A DNA stretch of 64,000 bases from contig CAVTWK010000002.1 of assembly GCA_963738485.1 (NCBI GenBank), positions 63,183-127,182 of the forward strand, in the 5' to 3' direction. Below, one piece after another: positions 40,701 to 49,919 of this stretch. The notes beneath the pieces were generated by a model. That model saw only the letters and a program-made list of their open reading frames with translations. It made no database searches and was not told the DNA's origin. Source of the stretch: an uncultured Acidobacteriota bacterium. GTDB taxonomy: Bacteria > Acidobacteriota > Vicinamibacteria > Vicinamibacterales > SCN-69-37. Made by a program: the position numbers and the translations under genes. How positions within the stretch are numbered: the stretch's first letter is position 1; each line of letters starts with the position of its first letter.

Positions 40701-41719
40701 CGCTGGCGTTCCTCGAGCTCTCGACTGCTGAGCGCAAGGTCTACATCGACGAAGCCGCAGCCCGTCGAGGACTGGCGCCGGTCATCGTCGAGAAGGACTT
40801 CTGGGTGTGCTGGCTCCTCGGCATCCTGTTCCAGTCGTCCTTTCGAGACGCCATCGTCTTCAAGGGCGGCACGTCGCTCTCGAAAGTCTTCGGCGTCATC
40901 AATCGGTTCTCGGAGGACATCGACCTCTCGCTGGCGCCCGCGTTCCTGGGTCTCGACGAACCAGACGCGACCGCTGTCCTCGAGCAAGGGACAGGCAAGC
41001 AAGTGGATGGAGCGAGCCGAAGCGAAGTGCGCGGCCGTCGTTCGTGACGCGCTGGCTCCCGAGCTCTCCGGCGCGATTGCAGGCGAGCTTGGGCGCAGTC
41101 GAGCGGCCGTGGCTGACGTTCGAGGTCGATGCACACTCGGACTCGCCCGTGCTGCTGTTCCACTACCCGACCACGCAGCCGCCAGCGCTGGACTACCTGA
41201 AGCGGTCGGTGAAACTCGAATTCGGGTCGCTGACGGAGCAACGACCGACCGGCAGCCATGCGGTTCGCCCGTGGATTGCGGACGTGCTACCAGACGCCTT
41301 CGCCGACTGGCATTGCGAGGTCGTCGCGCTCGATCTGCACCGCGCGTTCTGGGAGAAGGCGACCATCCTCCACGCGGAGCACTATCGTCCTACGGACAAG
41401 GCGACTCCGGATCGATTCGCTCGCCACTACGCCGACACCGCAGCGCTCGCTTCTTCACGCCGATGCCGCCGGTGCCATTGCGCGGCCAGAACTGTGCGAA
41501 CGCGTTGTTCGTTGGAAGAGCCGCTTCTTTGGAAGCGCGTGGGCGCGGTACGACCTGGCTGTCCCACCGACGTTCAAGCTGGTGCCACCGCCTGAGCGAG
41601 TGGCGCCACTTCGCCGTGACTATCAGGCGATGCGCGAGATGTACCTGTCCGAGCCGAAGCCATTCGAGGAGATCCTCTCGACGCTGGCTGAGGCCGAGCG
41701 TCAGATCAACGAGAAGTGA
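40697..41719 (+). CDS. AbiEii/AbiGii nucleotidyltransferase toxin; three apparent +1 frameshifts (~40972, ~41083, ~41452)
   Basis: ATGA-coupled; VEKDFWVCW; FKGGTSLSK...RFSEDIDL; VKLEFG; FWEKATILH; RHYAD; DYQAMREM across four reading segments. Confidence 0.85.
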
Positions 41720-42056
41720 CCGTCATCATGCCGGCGACGACCTCACTCTCCCAGACGCTGACGCCCTTCGATGCGAAGTACCTCGCGTGCGAGCAGGCCA
41801 AGCGAGCGCCGTTCCGGACGCGTTTTCCGTCGCGCCAACCGCGGGAATGCCGGACCGAAAGCCACCAGCACGGGGGCTACCCGGCGGGCTTGGGCGCGGG
41901 CTACGACGCTGGCTAACCACGCGCCGCCGTGCCCGCCATCATGATGGCCGTCGCAAGCGGTTGGTTCCGCGACGATTGCAGCCGCTGCCGTCCACCTGGT
42001 CCGCATGGCCGGCGTGGCGATGGATGCCATGTCGAGGGTCGCGGACGGGCAGGGGA

Positions 42057-42106
42057 GCGAAGGGGTAGCGACCCCCCTCAGGCCCGTGGGGTCGCTACCC
42101 CTTCGC
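42057..42106. repeat. Perfect 19-bp inverted repeat inside the island
   Basis: GCGAAGGGGTAGCGACCCC-N12-GGGGTCGCTACCCCTTCGC. Confidence 0.8.
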
Positions 42107-42687
42107 GTGTCAATCCTGCGCGTGCGCCGTGCTCGCGCGCGGCACTGACATCGACGCGGAGGTGGCACTGTCCCTCGGTCCAAATTCGGACGGCGCCGAA
42201 TCCGATCTCGCGATAGGCGCCTGCCCTGATCGGGTCCAGGGCTGAGCACTCGTCGTCGCCACCGCCCACGACACCAGCCGAGGCGCCGTCGTGTTCGCGT
42301 GCAGAGCAGTGGCGGCACATCGACCGCTCCGTCTCGCATTCAAAACCTGTCAAGCAGAAACAACGACGGTGGAGACCACAGCACCGGAACGCAGCGATTG
42401 CCACGGCGTTGCGCAGATCCTGCGAGTGCCTGGCCGTCTGTAGAACCGGGCGTAGGATCCGCGATGGGCCATCAACAACACGATTTTCGGCCTCGCCGAG
42501 GCGCCGTCAAGACGCCTTCGCTTCGCTCGGCCCGCGCGTCGCGCGGCTGACGGTCTTGACCGCGCCTCGGTCGAGGCTCGGGCCGGCAATTGTTGATGGC
42601 CCACTGGGAACGCAGCGTTGGCCTCGAGCGATGTCGTCACCGCGGACGGCTCCGACATCGGGGTACACATTTGCGGATGAAACGCCT

Positions 42688-42981
42688 ATGATGCTCGGAC
42701 CACTTCGACCCTTCCCCGGCGAACCCACTCGCGGCCCCACACCAGATGGCCGGGCGTTGGACGAGGTGATGTTCATCGACGACCTTGCGGCGCTGCTCAG
42801 GGTGTCACGCTCGACTATCGAGCGACGACGCCGTGAGGGCGCCTTTCCGATTGCGGAACTCGACCCACTCGACCGGCGTCCGCGTTGGAGCCGACGCGCG
42901 GTCGATCGGTATCTCGCGTCCGAGCCGCGACCGATACCCGGACGTCGCGGCCGACGGCGCCACATTGGGGGGCTGACATGA
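42688..42981 (+). CDS. Excisionase / AlpA-like HTH protein
   Basis: VMFIDDLAALLRVSRSTIERRRREGAFP...RWSRRAVDRYL; ATGA overlap with integrase. Confidence 0.75.
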   Translation: MMLGPLRPFPGEPTRGPTPDGRALDEVMFIDDLAALLRVSRSTIERRRREGAFPIAELDPLDRRPRWSRRAVDRYLASEPRPIPGRRGRRRHIGGLT

Positions 42982-44078
42982 AGAAGACGCAGGTTATCGC
43001 GACGGTCGCCCCCGGAATCTACAAGCTGGGCGACGGCAGCTTTCGCGTGGTGGCGTACGCCGGCAACAGCCGCGTCAACCAGCGGCGGAAGGAGAAGCGC
43101 TTTCCCTCGGCCACCGGCATGCGCGAGATGAAGGCCTGGCAGGCGAACGTGCGGGCGACCTTCCAGCGGGACGGTATTCGGATCCAGCGCGGCACCCTGG
43201 CCGCCGACGTCCCGCGCTTCATGCAGGTCATGAACAAGCGCCTCGCGCGGCCCGATCACCGCGACAACGAGATTCGCTCGTGGCTGACCAAGTTCGGTGA
43301 ACGGCGCCGGCACACGATCGACACCGAGGATGTCCGGCAGCAGGTCATCGCGTGGGAAGTCGATGGCCTCGCTGCCAGCACGATCAACCATCGCCTGTCG
43401 GCGCTCTCGCAGCTCTACAAGGTGCTCGACGGCGAGACGAGCCACAACCCCGTGGTCGGCATCAAGCGGCGTCGCGAGCCTGCCGCAAAGCCGGACGGCC
43501 GGTCGCCCGACACCATCCAGCGCGTGTTCGCCGCGCTGGAGCGCCGCGTCACTGCCCAGAACCGAGGCTGGCGCACCGTCGCGCGCCTGAAGGTGATCGC
43601 GCTCACCGGCATGCGGCACTCCCAGGTCATGCGCCTGGCCCCGGACGACGTGTACCTCGACCACGACCCGGCGTACGTCGTGGTCGTGGATCCCGGGAAG
43701 GACGGCGAGCCGCACGCGAAGCCGCTGACCCCTGACGGCGTCGAGGCGTTCCGACTGTTCGCCCGTGTCGATGCCTGGGGCGAGTTCTCGCAGTCGTCGC
43801 TCTACAAGTCGTGGAAGTCCGCGTGCGCGGAGGCGGAGGTGGCCTTCTTCAATCCGTACAAGCTCCGCCACTCGTACGCGACGGCGCTCCGTGCTCAGGG
43901 GATGGACCTGGCAGACGTCCAGGAGCTGATGGGGCACAAGTCGGCGAAGACGACGCAGCGGTACGCGATGGTGGCGCCGAAGAAGCTGGCGGCTGCGGTG
44001 GAGATGCTGCAGCAGGCGTGGCATCCGAAGACCGCAAAGGGTGGCCAGCGTGGCGGGAAATCGAAGACGGGGACGTAG
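42978..44078 (+). CDS. Tyrosine recombinase / integrase
   Basis: ASTINHRLSAL; TGMR; YKLRHS; VQELMGH; TTQRY. Confidence 0.93.
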   Translation: MKKTQVIATVAPGIYKLGDGSFRVVAYAGNSRVNQRRKEKRFPSATGMREMKAWQANVRATFQRDGIRIQRGTLAADVPRFMQVMNKRLARPDHRDNEIRSWLTKFGERRRHTIDTEDVRQQVIAWEVDGLAASTINHRLSALSQLYKVLDGETSHNPVVGIKRRREPAAKPDGRSPDTIQRVFAALERRVTAQNRGWRTVARLKVIALTGMRHSQVMRLAPDDVYLDHDPAYVVVVDPGKDGEPHAKPLTPDGVEAFRLFARVDAWGEFSQSSLYKSWKSACAEAEVAFFNPYKLRHSYATALRAQGMDLADVQELMGHKSAKTTQRYAMVAPKKLAAAVEMLQQAWHPKTAKGGQRGGKSKTGT

Positions 44079-44977
44079 CGTTCAGGTGCAGCCCCAGCCG
44101 CCCCGCCGACATGCGTGTCTGATTGCCGATCAGCTCGACATCACGCACGAAGGCCGAAGTTTCATCCTTCATCAGGCGTCGCTTCTGTGGCCATCCCGCC
44201 TGTCGGATCAGTCTGGGAAAAGATGACCAGCCATCGAAGCCGCGTATGCACGCCAGGCTATTCCTCGCACGGATGCAGCAACTCGCAGAGCCATGCGTAG
44301 CTCGTTCGGCGAGAGCTCAGGTCGTTCAGCTCGAATCTGCTTTTCAATCCGTGAACGAATTGCCGCGACGCTTTCGTAGTAGTAGAGCCGGACAAGCGGA
44401 ACGGCTGCTTCTCGAGCCTGGTCTTGCGCTACCAAGGTGAGGATTGCCCGCTCAATTGTCGGGGTAATGCTGGCGTGCGGAAGGCGAACCTCCGCCGGCA
44501 ACGGAACGCGAGCCATCATGGACTCGGTGAGTGCATCGAATCTGCCCGAAGGCTCGGCGGAATGTCTGCTGCGTCGAAGGCGACGAGTTGCTCGCCAAGA
44601 GCATGGCTGCCGCTGAAGGGATAGCTGTAGCGGATTTCCAGGCGGACCGGAGGCGGCGAGAAGTCGAGGTGGACGAGGAGCTGGTGTTTGATCCGTCGAT
44701 CCACGTCACACCCCAGGATTGGTGAGCCGCGAAATCTTAGCACGACGGAAGATGGCACCGTCGCGTGTCGCTGGCGTTGCGACCGGCGTCCTTTGAGGGC
44801 GGGCAGTTCGTCGGCATGCGATAGAGCCGGTCGTCGCGAAGGCTATCGTCCAGTTGTACGTCTCGAGCTCCCATCGCGCTCGCGGAGGGTGCGTCTCGGC
44901 GCCCAGCCAATGGCCACGGGCATGGATGAGCGGCCAGGTTGGTGTGAGGCCAAGGTCAGCCTCCGTCGCCCCTGGGC

Positions 44978-45480
44978 GCATGGCGGCATGGCACTCCGGC
45001 ATGGCACCGCGCCCAATCTCGTTGCCGAATCGCGCCTTGCAGCTCGCCCATTTCCCCTTCTAAGCCGAGGGTCGCAGGTTCGAGACCTGCCAGGCGCGCC
45101 AACCTTCGCCAATCACTCGCGACGCTCGTGGCTTCGGTTGGCGAGCCCTTCCGACGAGCGAACCTGCGACCCGAGGGGCACGCCGAGGGTCGCTCTCCTT
45201 GGTCGCGGGGGTGGGGCCCCGCGAGGAGCAATCGACGTTCGAGACCTGCCAGGCGCGCCAACCTTCGCCAATCACTCGCGACGCTCGTGGCTTCGATTGG
45301 CGAGCCAATCTTCTCATCGGACCTCGCAATCTCAGGCCGTCGCCACCCGTCAGAAACCGTCGATTTCGGCATGGCACCCGGCATGGCACCCCTTTCGGGG
45401 GTGTTCAGGGGGTGTTGGCATGGCAGCTGGCATGGCAGATGAGGGACGATGCGATTTGGCGCTCCGAAACCGGTCAGCGG
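44978..45480 (+). repeat. attP-like junction: arm repeats + 46-bp tRNA core + 70-bp duplication + copy of the left-end arm region
   Basis: GGCATGGCA at 44985, 44998, 45368, 45380, 45417, 45429; core 45056-45101; 45078-45147 repeated at 45237-45306; 45326-45480 similar to 35350-35501. Confidence 0.85.
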
Positions 45481-45657
45481 CGGGTTACGTTTGGAGCGCA
45501 GAGTCCCGATCAGGACCGAGAGTCCTCGTCCGACGTCCGAGAGCGGAGCGTTCGGGTGGGGCGCGAGGATGGTCCGGAGCAACTGTCGCAGTGGGCGGCG
45601 ATTACGTCGAGCGCCAGCAACGGTGTCTCTCGGAAGCCCGCACGGGGGTGGCTGGCG

Positions 45658-46185
45658 ATGAGTTCAAGTTTCGCTTTCTTGCTTGCTGTCCTCATGATGC
45701 CGATGGCCAATGGACAGAGGTCGTCAGAGAGTAGTGGTGTGTTGCCAAGGCTGGCGGCCGTCAGGTTTGCAATGGAACACGGCTTGCGTCTACCAAACTC
45801 CGACATCGTCGTCGCGGTCGAGACGAACTTCGGCGCCACGGGTGGACGCGCAGCGCAGCAGTCCTCACAGGATCTCGCCAAGGAAACAGACGAGATCGCC
45901 AGGTTGATGGGCCCTGGCACCCCGACAGGCCGCGCCAGCGAATACCTCACCTGTTTGAGCCGCACCAACAACGTCTGCTGGTCCGCGAAGGAGCAATACG
46001 TGCTCGTCGTCAGTGGCTTGTTGGAAGGATCGCCTAGCATACTGATTCAGTTCTACACACCCGCGGTCAAGAACAAGGGTGTGGACACCGCGACAATGGC
46101 GATCGTCGATGTGGAGCGGCGTGGCCAGGGATGGGCAGGCGTCCGCTTCAGGACAGAACCGACGACCCTCTCTCGCAAGCAGTAG
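45658..46185 (+). CDS. Exported hypothetical protein
   Basis: Signal-like MSSSFAFLLAVLMMPMANG; protein-like composition. Confidence 0.55.
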   Translation: MSSSFAFLLAVLMMPMANGQRSSESSGVLPRLAAVRFAMEHGLRLPNSDIVVAVETNFGATGGRAAQQSSQDLAKETDEIARLMGPGTPTGRASEYLTCLSRTNNVCWSAKEQYVLVVSGLLEGSPSILIQFYTPAVKNKGVDTATMAIVDVERRGQGWAGVRFRTEPTTLSRKQ

Positions 46186-46590
46186 GCCGCGTCGTTCAGC
46201 ACCTGGCGCGAGGCGCGCCGCCATGAGGGAGAGCCTCCGGTTGGCCAATCTGTGTTCCTGCGCGATCGGCGCGTCTCCGCGTGGTGTCGGCGCCACGAGC
46301 CACGTCGGACAGCGACAGGCAAGGTGCCGAATCCGCGCCGGGCGCCTGCGGTCGTGAATCCGGCGGGCGCAGGCTTCATCGCAGCCTCAGAGGCCGACGG
46401 TCTGGACCGGGTTAGCGACAACAGCCCAGCGGCTCGGCGTCATGCCCGAGGACATCGTGTCCATGGCCGGCGAGAAGCGCCGCGCCAGGCCGGATGCCAT
46501 CAAGGACGTCTGCCAGCAGGTTCCTCCATGCCCGTCGTGCCGGTCTACGGAGCCTGCATCCACGCTCATGTTCTAGGGCACAATGGCCTC

Positions 46591-46797
46591 ATGGTGGAAG
46601 CGATCACGCGCGACCTTGACGTGATGCACGGAACGCCGGTCTTCCGCGGAACTCGCGTGCCCGTGAAGACGCTCTTCGACTACCTTGAGAAGGGCGAGTC
46701 GTTGGACGACTTTCTCGAGGGATTTCCGACGGTCAGCCGGGAGCTCGCGGTGCAGGTGCTGGAGGAGTGCAAGGAGCTTCGCCTGGCACGAGTCTGA
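46591..46797 (+). CDS. DUF433 antitoxin-like protein
   Basis: DVMHGTPVFRGTRVPVKTLFDYL..GESLDDFLEGFPTV. Confidence 0.9.
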   Translation: MVEAITRDLDVMHGTPVFRGTRVPVKTLFDYLEKGESLDDFLEGFPTVSRELAVQVLEECKELRLARV

Positions 46798-46890
46798 TGC
46801 GGATCCTGCTCGATGAGTGTGTGGACCAGCGGCTGCGATGGCTGTTCGCGGGGCACGACTCTCAGACTGCGAGCTACGCCACCTTCGAGC
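46797..46890 (+). pseudogene. Truncated DUF5615 PIN-like toxin
   Basis: TGATG-coupled; MRILLDECVDQRL..LF.GHD..T; similarity ends at the 3' end of the convergent ankyrin gene. Confidence 0.7.
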
Positions 46891-46892
46891 CA

Positions 46893-48200
46893 CTAGGTCG
46901 CGCCGCGGCCCTTCAGGAAACCCGCGATGTCCGTAAGACCGTGCTTCGTGGCCCACATGACGGGCGTCTCGCCGTACCTGTCCCGAGGCGACGGATCGGC
47001 GCCGAACTCCAACAGAATCGCCGCACACTCCGTCCGATGGTCCATCGTCCGCCCGCGAATGTCCTTGTGGCACAGCGCGTGGAGCAGCGTCACGCCATCA
47101 GCCGTCGGGTAATTCGGATCGAGGCCACCGCGCGCCAGCAACTCGCGCAGCATGTCGGGCCGTTCGAGCACATAGGAGTGGCACCCGCCCGCCTGTGGAT
47201 GGACTTTGAAGCCAGCATCGAGCAGTCGGTGCATCAGCTTGCGCCGGCCGCAGGTCACGACGGCCGTGAACACGCCCCCGCACCCGGCGAGTGCCGTCTC
47301 GGGTCGTTCGGTCACGATCCGCATCACCTCATCGTCCTCGCCCTTCCACACCAGGTCGTACGGATCGAGGAAACCGCCGTGCGCCTCGAGCAGCTTTCGG
47401 ATCTCCGGTGTCTTCGCGGCATAGACGGCGTTGCCGCTGGCGTTGACGAACCCGTTGGGATCCGCGTGATGCCTCAACAGCAGTTCGACCATTTCCCGGT
47501 CGCCACGCCCCGCCGCGGCGTGCAAGGCGGCGCCGCGATCGGACGAATCGGCGTCGGGCCACGTCGGGTCCGCGCCGCGTTCCAGCAGCAGGCGGACGAC
47601 GCCGAGATGGCCGAATTCGGCGGCGGCGGAGAGCGGGCGACGATCGTCGGGGCGCTGCTCGGAAATGCGTGAGGGGTCGGCGTCGAGCATCGACTGCACC
47701 GCGGCCAGATCGTTCAACGCGGAAGCGACCGTCAGATCGTACGTCGCGCCGCGGCCGACGAGCAGTCGAGCCAGAAGCACGTTGCCGTTGCCAGGCCACA
47801 GGCGGCGGCCAGACCGCCAGCGCCCCCATAGCAGCCACGTCAGGCCGTTGGCGTAGCAGCGCCATCGTGACAGGGGCGCCTGCCGCGGGCCGCCCCAGAT
47901 CGCCAGGTCAATGGGCTGCGTATCCTGCGGCGCGTAACCCTCGAACGACCCGACCCCGGCGCCGTGAATTGCGTGAATGTCGGCGCCACGATCGAGCAGC
48001 AGGGTCACCACGGCTGCCGATCCGCCGATGACCGCACGGTGCAGAGGATGGCCGCCAGCGCGGCTGATGTCGTGGACGAGCGATGGCTGCTGATCGAGGA
48101 AGGCGCGTACGCGCGCCAGCTCGCCGGCCTCGGCGGCGCTATGGATCGGATGATCCTCGGGCACGAGAGACGGCACGAGCCGTCGGGACGGATCGACCAT
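46893..48200 (-). CDS. Ankyrin repeat protein
   Basis: PLHRAV...LLLDRGAD; PLSAAAEFGH..VVRLLLERGADP; ALHAAA; ETPVMWA. Confidence 0.9.
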   Translation of the reverse strand: MVDPSRRLVPSLVPEDHPIHSAAEAGELARVRAFLDQQPSLVHDISRAGGHPLHRAVIGGSAAVVTLLLDRGADIHAIHGAGVGSFEGYAPQDTQPIDLAIWGGPRQAPLSRWRCYANGLTWLLWGRWRSGRRLWPGNGNVLLARLLVGRGATYDLTVASALNDLAAVQSMLDADPSRISEQRPDDRRPLSAAAEFGHLGVVRLLLERGADPTWPDADSSDRGAALHAAAGRGDREMVELLLRHHADPNGFVNASGNAVYAAKTPEIRKLLEAHGGFLDPYDLVWKGEDDEVMRIVTERPETALAGCGGVFTAVVTCGRRKLMHRLLDAGFKVHPQAGGCHSYVLERPDMLRELLARGGLDPNYPTADGVTLLHALCHKDIRGRTMDHRTECAAILLEFGADPSPRDRYGETPVMWATKHGLTDIAGFLKGRGAT

Positions 48201-48397
48201 GTGCGCGGAAACATTCTAGTGTGCTGAGTCAGGTCCAGCGCGACACGCCGTGGCTGGCCGATCTGAGACGCCTCGTCCCAGCCGCTCGGCTCGAGCTGGT
48301 CTCACCTGCCTCCAGGCCAGGTCGTTCGCGGCGCGTAATCCGGTCGGCTGGTTGAACCTCCTGCTGACCGCAGCGACGCCGCGCTTACACTGAAGGA

Positions 48398-48811
48398 ATG
48401 ATGGCGTTCCTCATCGGCGTCGGGGCAGCCTTGGCGGTCGGGGCGTTCGGAACGATCACCAGGCTCGATCGGGAACGCGCGTTCTACCCGACGATCCTCG
48501 TGGTGGTCGCGTCGTACTACATACTCTTCGCCGTGATGGCGGGGTCGCTCTCGGCGCTCGGCCCTGAGCTCCTCATCTTCGCGCTCTTCGCGGCGGTTGC
48601 CGCCTGGGGATTCCGGCGCGACCTCCGACTCGTGATCGCCGGTCTCGTTGCCCACGCGGTGATGGACTCCTTCCACGGCGGCCTCGTCTCGAATCCCGGC
48701 GTCCCGCCCTGGTGGCCGGCCTGGTGCGCCGCCTACGACGTGGCGGCGCCCGCGTACCTGGCGGTCCTGGTCTGGCAGGGGCGGGTCGCGGTGCGTCCAG
48801 TCGCCGACTGA
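48398..48811 (+). CDS. Small membrane protein
   Basis: AAGGA RBS; ~5 TM segments; H..MD.FH...NPGVPPWWPAWCAAYD. Confidence 0.75.
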   Translation: MMAFLIGVGAALAVGAFGTITRLDRERAFYPTILVVVASYYILFAVMAGSLSALGPELLIFALFAAVAAWGFRRDLRLVIAGLVAHAVMDSFHGGLVSNPGVPPWWPAWCAAYDVAAPAYLAVLVWQGRVAVRPVAD

Positions 48812-48872
48812 GACAATCTCGCGCATCCCGGAAGGTGCACCCATGTCGCCCGACGCGTTCAGACTTCCGGCT

Positions 48873-49823
48873 CTAGCGCACCGATGTCCGATCCTTCGGC
48901 GGGAAATCCTTCGGCACCGCGATCGTCACCCCGCCCGTCGCGGCCCACTCCGTTCCGCGCTGTAGCAACGTGATGAAGTCTACGGAGTTCATCGGGATGA
49001 CGGGCTCGGTCTGCGTCGGGCCGACGTGGCCGAGCGTGTCGTGGAAAATGCGTCCCTTGCCGTAGTTCAGCACCATGACCAGCGGCTCGTGCTCACCCGT
49101 GCCATTCGGCATCGTGGTGGGGGCGGTCGCCGTGACGAGCACCGTGAGGTTCTTGGCCGGTCCGCGAAGGTTGGCGTACAGCTCGTCCCGTGCGTGAAGC
49201 CACTCGGCCGGAAGGCCCCTGACGATCGGATGATCGGGCGTGCGCACGGTCATCACGAAATCGTGGGGACTCGGGTGCTGGGCGGTGCCAGGCGTCTCGC
49301 TGTCGAGCACCACCTTGCCGTCGCGCCAGCGCACCTTGGGGCCGGCCGCCATCGTACGGTTCTGATAGCCGGGCGTGAACCCGCCCCATCCGCCAACGCC
49401 GATCATCTCGTTGAACTCCGGCCAATCCGGAAACGCGTTGTCGGCGGCGTGAATGACGACGAGGCCGCCGCCGTTGCGGATGTAGTCCACGAAGGCCTTC
49501 TTGACGGGCGGTGCGAACTCAAAGCCTTCGTAGTCCATCACCACCGCGCCGTACTCCGAGAAGTTCGGCGCAAAACTCGCCATGTCCTGGTTCGGCGCCG
49601 TCCCTTTTGGCGGCGTCGTCGCCACCGTCACCTGGAAGCGACCGCTCGACTCGAGCTGCCGCTTGATGACGACACTGCTGACGGCCCAGTTGTGGTACCG
49701 ATTGCTCTGGCCCGTGAGGAGGAGAACTCTGATGCGGGTCTGGGCCGACCGGAGAGGGCGCCCCGCGAGCGGGAGCAGAGCAACGACGAACAACGTCACG
49801 ACGGCAATGCGGAGATAGCCCAT
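48873..49823 (-). CDS. ThuA-like domain exported protein
   Basis: GAGGA RBS; signal peptide; GGGLVVIHAADNAF; HPIVRGLP..W....DELY; YGKGRIFHDTLGH. Confidence 0.88.
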   Translation of the reverse strand: MGYLRIAVVTLFVVALLPLAGRPLRSAQTRIRVLLLTGQSNRYHNWAVSSVVIKRQLESSGRFQVTVATTPPKGTAPNQDMASFAPNFSEYGAVVMDYEGFEFAPPVKKAFVDYIRNGGGLVVIHAADNAFPDWPEFNEMIGVGGWGGFTPGYQNRTMAAGPKVRWRDGKVVLDSETPGTAQHPSPHDFVMTVRTPDHPIVRGLPAEWLHARDELYANLRGPAKNLTVLVTATAPTTMPNGTGEHEPLVMVLNYGKGRIFHDTLGHVGPTQTEPVIPMNSVDFITLLQRGTEWAATGGVTIAVPKDFPPKDRTSVR

Positions 49824-49919
49824 GGTTCCTCGCGCCTGTATCCTATCCTGGTAGAATCCGTCGAACAGGGTCCCGGCGAATCGGGCGCGCTCTTCGACGG
49901 ATTGCTCACGGAGGTCGCC

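Larger units (their letters stand above)
35276..45101. mobile_element. Integrative element / genomic island in tRNA-Arg(TCT)
   Basis: Identical 46-bp direct repeats 35276-35321 and 45056-45101; tyrosine integrase, HTH, AbiE modules and IS remnant inside. Confidence 0.88.

Noticed and set aside
44208-44758. Two short minus-strand ORFs between the integrase and att
   Set aside because: Possibly real lower-GC cargo, but with no recognisable motif or clear RBS, so not called.
35276-45101. Prophage or conjugative element
   Set aside because: No capsid, terminase, relaxase, T4SS or replication genes; called only as an integrative island.
45056-45306. Second tRNA gene or mini-CRISPR
   Set aside because: Only the 3' part of tRNA-Arg is present (no D-arm or 5' acceptor strand); explained as att core plus duplication.
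46767-47672. 301-aa ORF as a full PIN toxin
   Set aside because: Only ~28 codons match; the rest is the antisense of the ankyrin gene.
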